Source of the DNA: Candidatus Zixiibacteriota bacterium
GTDB lineage: Bacteria; Zixibacteria; MSB-5A5; WJJR01
Direction of reading: 5' to 3'
DNA length: 18,058 nucleotides
Assembly: GCA_036170655.1 (NCBI GenBank)
Contig: JAVHPP010000032.1
Span: 1-18,058 of the forward strand
In this document: positions 7,782 through 13,959 of the stretch, piece by piece
Position numbering within the stretch: position 1 is the first letter of the stretch
Layout of the letters: every line of letters begins with the position of its first letter
Made by a program: the position numbers and the translations under genes
The notes under the pieces: generated by a model
The model's input: only the letters and a program-made list of their open reading frames with translations
Told to the model about the DNA's origin: nothing
Databases searched by the model: none

Positions 7782-9119
7782 ATGCGCCTGATCGAACGCC
7801 TTGCCGCCGTGCTGACGAAATGGTCGGTCCGCTGGGTTCCCAACTCGTTTATTATTGCCTGCATCCTGACCGTGATCGTCTTCGCTCTGGCGCTGGGATT
7901 CACCAGTGCTTCGGTGCTGCAATGTGTCACCTACTGGGGTGATGGATTCTGGGCGCTCCTATCCTTTGGCATGCAGATGTGCCTGATTGTCTTTACCGGG
8001 TACATTGTGGCTGTTTCTCCGCCCGTGCGGCGGTTCCTGGGAGCGGTGGCGAAAATCCCCAAGGGGCCGAAGTCGGCGATTCTCACCATGACGGTCATCT
8101 CGCTGGCGCTGTCGTGGTTTCACTGGGGGCTTTCGATTGTCGGCGCCGCGTTGATGGTGCGGTTCATTGCTGCCCGCAGACGCGATGTCGATTATCGTCT
8201 CCTGGTTGCCTGTGCCTACTTGGGGATGGGGTGCACCTGGCACGCGGGGCTTTCCGCCTCTGCCCCACTTCTGGTCGCCACGCCGGGGCATTTTCTGGAG
8301 AAGGAGATCGGGGTTATTCCAATGGGCGAGACCATCTTCTCGCCTTTCAACCTGATTCTGGTCGCTGCGGTATTCGTCTTCTTGTGTGTTTTCACCCCAT
8401 TGCTGCATCCGCGCCGTGAGAATACGGTGGCCGTGGATCCGTCCGTTCTGGAAGGATTCGAGGATTTCACTCCACCTGCGTGCCCGCAAGCGCCGACGCC
8501 GTCCGAAAGGTTCGAACATTCATACATCATCAATGCCATCTTCGGCGTCGCCGGGCTGGTCTGGGTTGTCTGGTACTTCACTGTCAAGGGTGGTGGCCTG
8601 ACCCTCGACGCATTCAACTTCACTGTCCTGTTTCTGGGGATTCTGCTGCATCGGACCACCGCATCATTTCTGAAAGCGTCCGAGGAGGGCGGCAAATTGA
8701 TCTTCGGGATTGTCCTGCAATTCCCCTTCTATGCCGGTATGTACGGCATCATCAAATCATCAGGTCTCGCCGAGGTCCTGTCCAACGCACTGGTCTCGGT
8801 GGCGACCGTGAAGACCTATCCGGCGATTCTCTACTGGTACTCGGGGATCGTCAACTACTTCGTGCCGTCCGGCGGGTCAAAATGGGCTATCGAAGCGCCG
8901 TATGTGCTGCAGGCGGCCAAGACGCTGGGCGTATCAGCGCCGAAGGTCGTGACCGCCTACGCTTGGGGCGACATGGCGACCGACATCATCCAACCCTTCT
9001 GGGCGATTCCGCTTTTGTCAGTCGCCAAGCTCGACTTCAAGGACATCATGGGATATGAGCTTCTGATATTCATTGGGTACGTAATTCTCGTGACGGCGGC
9101 GTTTCTGTTGTTTCCGTGA
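7782..9119 (+). CDS. atoE: Short-chain fatty acid transporter, AtoE family
   Basis: Highly hydrophobic 445 aa with family motifs WGDGFWALLSFGMQM, DYRLLVACAY, WHAGLSASAPLLVATPGHF, QFPFYAG, NYFVPSGGSKW, AYAWGD and QPFWAIPLL. Confidence 0.9.
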   Translation: MRLIERLAAVLTKWSVRWVPNSFIIACILTVIVFALALGFTSASVLQCVTYWGDGFWALLSFGMQMCLIVFTGYIVAVSPPVRRFLGAVAKIPKGPKSAILTMTVISLALSWFHWGLSIVGAALMVRFIAARRRDVDYRLLVACAYLGMGCTWHAGLSASAPLLVATPGHFLEKEIGVIPMGETIFSPFNLILVAAVFVFLCVFTPLLHPRRENTVAVDPSVLEGFEDFTPPACPQAPTPSERFEHSYIINAIFGVAGLVWVVWYFTVKGGGLTLDAFNFTVLFLGILLHRTTASFLKASEEGGKLIFGIVLQFPFYAGMYGIIKSSGLAEVLSNALVSVATVKTYPAILYWYSGIVNYFVPSGGSKWAIEAPYVLQAAKTLGVSAPKVVTAYAWGDMATDIIQPFWAIPLLSVAKLDFKDIMGYELLIFIGYVILVTAAFLLFP

Positions 9120-9138
9120 ACCAACTGATGTCGGCAAA

Positions 9139-9298
9139 GAATTGTGTGGGGTGCGGCTTGCCATGCCCGTCAGCGGGCATCGTGTGCTGCCCAAGCAGAA
9201 AACCCAATCACTGTCTTAAGCTGACCCAGTAGTCAAGTACCGCTACCAGGCAACCAGGTGCAGAGAGAACGGACACGGCAAGCCGTGCCCCTACATTC
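9139..9298. repeat. GTAG-type REP doublet (REPIN-like inverted pair)
   Basis: The right unit 9269-9295 reads TGTAGGGGCACGGCTTGCCGTGTCCGT on the minus strand. The left unit 9145-9170 (TGTGGGGTGCGGCTTGCCATGCCCGT) is a degenerate inverted copy, with about 98 bp between them. The pair lies between convergent genes. Confidence 0.75.
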
Positions 9299-9337
9299 CG
9301 GGGATCACAGTCAGCATTCGGGAGGGCGGAGTCGTCC

Positions 9338-9679
9338 TCACGCTGCCGGTGCGACGCGTCCTTCTCTCACCCGCCGATTGAGATCTGTCTGCACGATGAA
9401 CCAGACCGCCGGTGGAAAGACAAGCCACAGCAGGAAGACGATCCATTTGTTGAGTTTTTCGGAGCTGACCTTCTCGTAAAGCTGACCGTACTTGTAGTGC
9501 GAGTAGATCACCCCAAAGGGGATGAAGATCAGCACGGTCCACAGCCCCGGGCTGGCCTCGGCGTCGTTGGCGAGGTGCTTCAACTCTGTCGCTGTCTGAT
9601 AGAACCAGTAGATCACGTAGATCCCCAGGGTGATAATGACCAAACCCACTTGGGCCCACATGTTGCGCTCTTTCACCAT
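9338..9679 (-). CDS. Small membrane protein, DUF4234-like
   Basis: 113 aa with three hydrophobic segments and the typical start RNMWAQVGLVIITLGIYVIYWFYQTATEL, ending in VQTDLN. RBS AGGAGG lies 10 nt upstream. Confidence 0.75.
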   Translation of the reverse strand: MVKERNMWAQVGLVIITLGIYVIYWFYQTATELKHLANDAEASPGLWTVLIFIPFGVIYSHYKYGQLYEKVSSEKLNKWIVFLLWLVFPPAVWFIVQTDLNRRVREGRVAPAA

Positions 9680-9981
9680 TGTGGCAATCCCTCCTGCCTG
9701 CGAAGTGACTTAGTTCTGACCACTCTGTGTCGTCCCCATGCTACGAGCCGAATCGGTCGGTGAAACTTGTGGAACATTGCACGGTTTGGCAACAGGTAAT
9801 CGCTGCCCGTCCTTTGGGCCGATGGATCATCTCGGTTTGCCCGTTGATGCTGCGCAGGTCATCGCCGGGTCGATTAGTCTGGTATTGCCCCGTCACGAAT
9901 GTTAATTTCTCCCGTGTCCGGTCCGCTTGGGCGGATTGGCGTGCCGATGACCCAGTTCCGGTTCTGGAGGAGAATGAAATT

Positions 9982-10524
9982 ATGACGATAACGACCCACG
10001 TTCGCCCGGACATGGATACCTACTTCATGCTGATTGCCATGGCGGTGAGAGAGCGCGCCAATTGCCTTGGGAACAAGGTTGGGGCGATTCTGGTGGTCGA
10101 CAATCGTATCGTTTCGACCGGATACAACGGGACCCCGTCGAAGACGAAGAACTGCGAGGATGGCGGCTGTGATCGGTGTGCGAACCGTCAGAAATACGGG
10201 CCGGGGGAGGGATATGACCTCTGCATCTGTGTCCATGCGGAGCAGAATGCGCTCTTGTCGGCTGCTCGTTTCGGGGTGCCGGTGGCAGGCGCGACCCTCT
10301 ACTCGACCATGCGTCCCTGCTTCGGCTGCACCAAGGAGCTCCTCCAAGCCGGTATCCAAACCGTCTTCTATTTGCATGACTGGCACCACCCGGAAGCGAC
10401 GGTGGCCGCCCAGTACGAGATTCTTCAAGCGCGCTTCGGCGGCGGCATCCGTCCCTTGGTCGTCGATGACCCCCGCACCGACTGGGCGGTGTCTAAGAAG
10501 CCTGTTCCCGCTGCCATTACCTGA
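9982..10524 (+). CDS. Zinc-dependent deoxycytidylate (dCMP) deaminase family protein (ComEB-like)
   Basis: RPDMDTYFM, RANC...KVGAILV, STGYNGTP, CVHAEQNAL (HxE) and RPCFGC (PCxxC). Start reassigned from 9727 to the in-frame ATG at 9982, which has GGAGGA 10 nt upstream. Confidence 0.92.
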   Translation: MTITTHVRPDMDTYFMLIAMAVRERANCLGNKVGAILVVDNRIVSTGYNGTPSKTKNCEDGGCDRCANRQKYGPGEGYDLCICVHAEQNALLSAARFGVPVAGATLYSTMRPCFGCTKELLQAGIQTVFYLHDWHHPEATVAAQYEILQARFGGGIRPLVVDDPRTDWAVSKKPVPAAIT

Positions 10525-10629
10525 TCGATCATGAAGCAACTGGCTTGGGGTCCAGCCACATGGATCACGCGCATCTGACTGCCGGAATGCTGACCGATCC
10601 CCGAGACATCCGCTTCGCGGAGACACTGG

Positions 10630-12657
10630 ATGCCTGACGCTGAGATTCCATCTTTACCGGGCGCCAACATTCCCCCAATCGGAGAGAAACCGCCAGCACG
10701 GGAGGGTGTCGGCTCCCGGTTGCGGCGCATCTTCTTGGGGAAGCCGCGCGATCTGTCGGATCGGTCGTTGTTCAACAGGTTATCGCTGGTCGCGCTCCTG
10801 GCGTGGGTGGGACTGGGCGCCGATGGGTTGTCCTCATCATCTTACGGTCCTGAAGAGGCGTTCCGCGCCTTAGGCGAACACACGTATCTGGCCGTCGCCC
10901 TTGCGATTGCGGTTGCGGGCACGGTCACGATCATTTCCTGGGCGTACTCTCACATCGTTGAACAGTTCCCCGAGGGTGGTGGCGGTTATGTTGTGGCCAC
11001 GAAGCTCTTGGGACCAGGGACCGGTCTTGTCTCGGGGTCGGCGTTGGTTGTGGACTACATCCTGACGATCACGGTGTCGTTGGCAGCGGCTGGGGAAGCC
11101 ATCTTCAGTTTTCTCCCACCCTCGCTGCTGATCTGGAAAGTCCCCTTTGAAGTCTGCCTGATTGGCGCCTTGACCGTGCTGAACATCCGCGGGGTTCGTG
11201 AGTCGATCCTCGTCCTCACACCGATCTTCGTGCTCTTCCTAATCACCCATGTCGTCCTGATCTTGGGCGGGATCGTGGGACATGTCTCCGAATTGCCGGC
11301 GGTTACTTCTGATATTGCCTCCGGTTTCGATCGTGGGCTGGGAGTTCTTGGCGTGGGCGGAATGCTGATTCTGCTATTCCGCGCCTACTCCCTGGGGGGA
11401 GGAACCTACACGGGGATCGAGGCCGTCTCCAATGGCCTGACGATCATGCGGGAACCGCGCGTCGCGACCGGCAAGCGAACCATGGCGTACATGGCCAGTT
11501 CCCTGATCTTCACCGCATCGGGGCTCTTGATCTGTTATCTGCTATTTCGCGTGACGGCGGTTCCCGGAAAGACGCTGAACGCCGTTCTGATCGAGCGATT
11601 CGCGGAGGGATTGCCCGCCGGTTGGCTCCTGGTGATTCTGACGCTGGTGTCAGAAGGGGCGTTATTGATCGTTGCGGCTCAAGCCGGTTTCCTTGACGGA
11701 CCTCGTGTCATGTCGAAGATGGCCATCGACTGGTGGATGCCACGCCGTTTCGCCGCGTTGTCCGAACGCCTGACAACGCAGAATGGCATTCTCCTCATGG
11801 GCGGCGCCTCTCTCGTGGCGCTGCTCGCCACCGGCGGGAATGTCCACCATCTGGTCGTGATGTACAGCATTAACGTGTTTCTGACTTTTTCCCTGTCGAT
11901 GCTGAGCATGTGCCGCCACTGGTGGCAGCAGCGGAAGAACCGCAACAGTCCGTGGAAGCGGCGGCTGGCGCTGTTCATCGTCGGGCTGATTCTCTGCTCC
12001 GGGGTTCTCATCATAACCGCCATTGAGAAATTCAACGCGGGGGGATGGATTACCTTAGTGGTCACCGGCGCGCTGGTCGCGCTTTGCTACCTCATTCGCG
12101 GCCATTATCGGAGGGTCACGGCACAGTTGCAGCGTCTGGATGATGTTCTCGCCAACATCCCGCCCAAGCCGCCGGGGCCCATTCCGACGCTAGACCCGAA
12201 ACAGCCGACCGCCGCGATTCTGGTGGGATCATACGGGGGGCTGGGGATCCACACGATTCTCAGCGTGTTCCACGCCTTCCCCCATCACTACAAGAACCTG
12301 ATTTTCATTTCCGTGGGTGTTGTTGACTCGGATACGTTCAAGGGCATCGATGAAGTCGACGCGCTTCGCCGCCGCACAGACGAGGGACTGGCGCGTTATG
12401 TCGAATTCGCAAAGAAGCTGGGCCTCCCCGCCACCTCACGTTCGGCCATCGGGACGGATGCGGTCAATGAAATCGAGTACGTCTGCCGCGAAATCGCCAA
12501 AGAGTTCCCCCGTGTGATCTTCTTCGCTGGTCAATTGATCTTCCAGAAAGAAACATGGTACCACCGTTTGCTCCACAACGAAACGGCCTTCGCCATCCAG
12601 AAGCGCCTGCACTGGTCGGGCATGACCATGGTCATCCTGCCGGTGCGCGTCTTTTAG
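10630..12657 (+). CDS. APC-superfamily permease, KimA/YdaO-like potassium transporter with C-terminal cytoplasmic domain
   Basis: About 12 TM segments plus a soluble ~170 aa tail. Motifs GADGLSSSSYG, GGGYVVA, LVVDYILT and TGIEAVSNG parallel Bacillus KimA motifs as I recall them (SDALSSVAYG, GGAY, LLVDYILT, TGVEAISN). Confidence 0.8.
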   Translation: MPDAEIPSLPGANIPPIGEKPPAREGVGSRLRRIFLGKPRDLSDRSLFNRLSLVALLAWVGLGADGLSSSSYGPEEAFRALGEHTYLAVALAIAVAGTVTIISWAYSHIVEQFPEGGGGYVVATKLLGPGTGLVSGSALVVDYILTITVSLAAAGEAIFSFLPPSLLIWKVPFEVCLIGALTVLNIRGVRESILVLTPIFVLFLITHVVLILGGIVGHVSELPAVTSDIASGFDRGLGVLGVGGMLILLFRAYSLGGGTYTGIEAVSNGLTIMREPRVATGKRTMAYMASSLIFTASGLLICYLLFRVTAVPGKTLNAVLIERFAEGLPAGWLLVILTLVSEGALLIVAAQAGFLDGPRVMSKMAIDWWMPRRFAALSERLTTQNGILLMGGASLVALLATGGNVHHLVVMYSINVFLTFSLSMLSMCRHWWQQRKNRNSPWKRRLALFIVGLILCSGVLIITAIEKFNAGGWITLVVTGALVALCYLIRGHYRRVTAQLQRLDDVLANIPPKPPGPIPTLDPKQPTAAILVGSYGGLGIHTILSVFHAFPHHYKNLIFISVGVVDSDTFKGIDEVDALRRRTDEGLARYVEFAKKLGLPATSRSAIGTDAVNEIEYVCREIAKEFPRVIFFAGQLIFQKETWYHRLLHNETAFAIQKRLHWSGMTMVILPVRVF

Positions 12658-12727
12658 GAACTGTGTCATTCAAGTCAATGAGCTAAGCCTGTCTTACCTG
12701 CCGACTGTCTTTTGCTTACGGCAGCAT

Positions 12728-12768
12728 CCGTGCGAAATGGGGACCGTGGTTGTCCCATTTTCGCTCGG
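12728..12768. other. Imperfect inverted repeat or stem-loop between the permease and the small ORF
   Basis: CCGTGCGAAATGGGGAC-CGTGGTT-GTCCCATTTTCGCTCGG. No U-tract follows, so it could be a pause site, terminator or operator. Confidence 0.45.
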
Positions 12769-12853
12769 TGACGGAACCAACTGCACGAGGCGTGAGTAAC
12801 AGTTTCTTGGAAGATGTGGGTCAATCCACAGTCGATGGGAAGGACAGCACAAC

Positions 12854-13108
12854 ATGACACCAGAGAAACGCAAACGATCCCTGCGCCGCATGCAGAGGCG
12901 TCTGGCTTCCCTGCGTCGCCGGCAACTGGCGCAGTTGCACAGCCGGCTCGTGCAATGGAGGCATGGCTCGCTGGCGCTGTTGCGTTCACGCAAGCAGGTC
13001 GTCGTCAAGGAATTTGGCGCGAGCGGAAGCGACCGCCATCCCACCCTGCAGGAGTTGCGTGTGCAGGCCAAGTTTCAGGATTCTGTCATGGACTGGGAAT
13101 TCGCGTGA
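12854..13108 (+). CDS. Hypothetical small Arg-rich basic protein (84 aa)
   Basis: ATG start with GGAAGGA about 9 nt upstream. By manual count 62 of 84 codons end in G/C. It fills an otherwise empty gap, and I recognise no family. Confidence 0.6.
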   Translation: MTPEKRKRSLRRMQRRLASLRRRQLAQLHSRLVQWRHGSLALLRSRKQVVVKEFGASGSDRHPTLQELRVQAKFQDSVMDWEFA

Positions 13109-13162
13109 GCGGCCGATAGTCAGCCGGGTGTCATCTGTGTGGTTCCGATACCTTGCCGACAC

Positions 13163-13379
13163 GGGCTTGCTGAAAAAGTGGACGAACGTAATTTCCAGTG
13201 TTTCGTGGCGGTGAGATTGCTTCGCTTCGCTCGCAATGGCTGCGTTCTTTATCCTCGAAACCAAATGCCACCCATGTCATTGCGAGGAACGACTGCGCCG
13301 CAGGCGCAAGGAGTGACGAAGCAATCTCATCTTGCCTCTGTGTCAACGATCCATTTGCCAGGGGTTTTTCAACAAGCCC
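13163..13379. mobile_element. MITE-like non-autonomous element (217 bp) with terminal inverted repeats and an internal palindrome pair
   Basis: Left end GGGCTTGCTGAAAAA (13163-13177) and right end TTTTTCAACAAGCCC (13365-13379) match as inverted repeats at 14/15 positions. Internal inverted units lie at 13212-13240 and 13276-13329. No credible ORF and no obvious target-site duplication. Confidence 0.7.
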
Positions 13380-13404
13380 AATACGCGGGGCGTTCTATTT
13401 CTGG

Positions 13405-13959
13405 TCAGTGCAGCTTTGTTTGTGCCGTGGGCCAGTCAGTGCGGGAAAACGTACTGCGGATCAGCGCGATGATTGGTTCCAGCGGGTCATATCGTAAGAC
13501 GGGGACATCGGCGGTCACCTGGTGATCGCTGACGACCGCGATCAATCCCTGCGCGGCGCCAAACGACGGGGCGGTCATGCCCGCTTTCAGAATGCATTCG
13601 ATTTTGGGGTGTGGACCTCCCCGGTAGCCCTCGTAGACAATCAATTGCGGCGGTATAGGGAGATGCGCAAAGGCCGCCTCGATCCACTGCTCAGATACGG
13701 GGGATGCCAGATGCGTGTAGAAACCCATCTCTGACTTCGCGACGAGACCGACAGCGACCGCACCGGCTTGCGCGAGGCGGTCCGAGTCGCGTCCGGGTTT
13801 ATCGAACCCTGCTTCATCAGAAGTGTGCTTCACCGCCGCAACACGGAGGCCCGACTCCGTGAAGTGGTGGATCAGGCGTTCCGTCAGCGTGGTTTTGCCG
13901 GAATTCTTGTGACCGACAATGGCCAGCGTGGGAATTCGCGCTCGATTCGTTGGCTTCAT
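13405..13959 (-). CDS. mobB: Molybdopterin-guanine dinucleotide biosynthesis protein B
   Basis: Walker A GHKNSGKTT, then VAAVKH, DKPGRDSDRLAQAGA, LIVYEGY...PKIE and LIAVVSD. Its start overlaps the upstream stop codon (ATGA, 13956-13959). Confidence 0.88.
   Translation of the reverse strand: MKPTNRARIPTLAIVGHKNSGKTTLTERLIHHFTESGLRVAAVKHTSDEAGFDKPGRDSDRLAQAGAVAVGLVAKSEMGFYTHLASPVSEQWIEAAFAHLPIPPQLIVYEGYRGGPHPKIECILKAGMTAPSFGAAQGLIAVVSDHQVTADVPVLRYDPLEPIIALIRSTFSRTDWPTAQTKLH

Noticed and set aside
9727..10524. dCMP deaminase as an anti-phage dCTP deaminase (AvcD/Dcd type), using the 265-aa extended ORF
   Set aside because: The defence enzymes carry an N-terminal P-loop kinase-like domain. The 85-aa extension here has no Walker A motif, a good RBS marks ATG 9982, and the context is not a defence island.
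10525..10629. Possible c-di-AMP (ydaO) riboswitch upstream of the KimA-like gene
   Set aside because: The gap is only 105 bp and lacks the conserved aptamer motifs. Only small generic hairpins are present.
13131..13525. Several short ORFs across the repeat element (e.g. SHCERSEAIS, EIASLRSQ, VIARND peptides)
   Set aside because: They are translations of the palindromic repeat, a known source of spurious hypothetical proteins, and none resembles a transposase.
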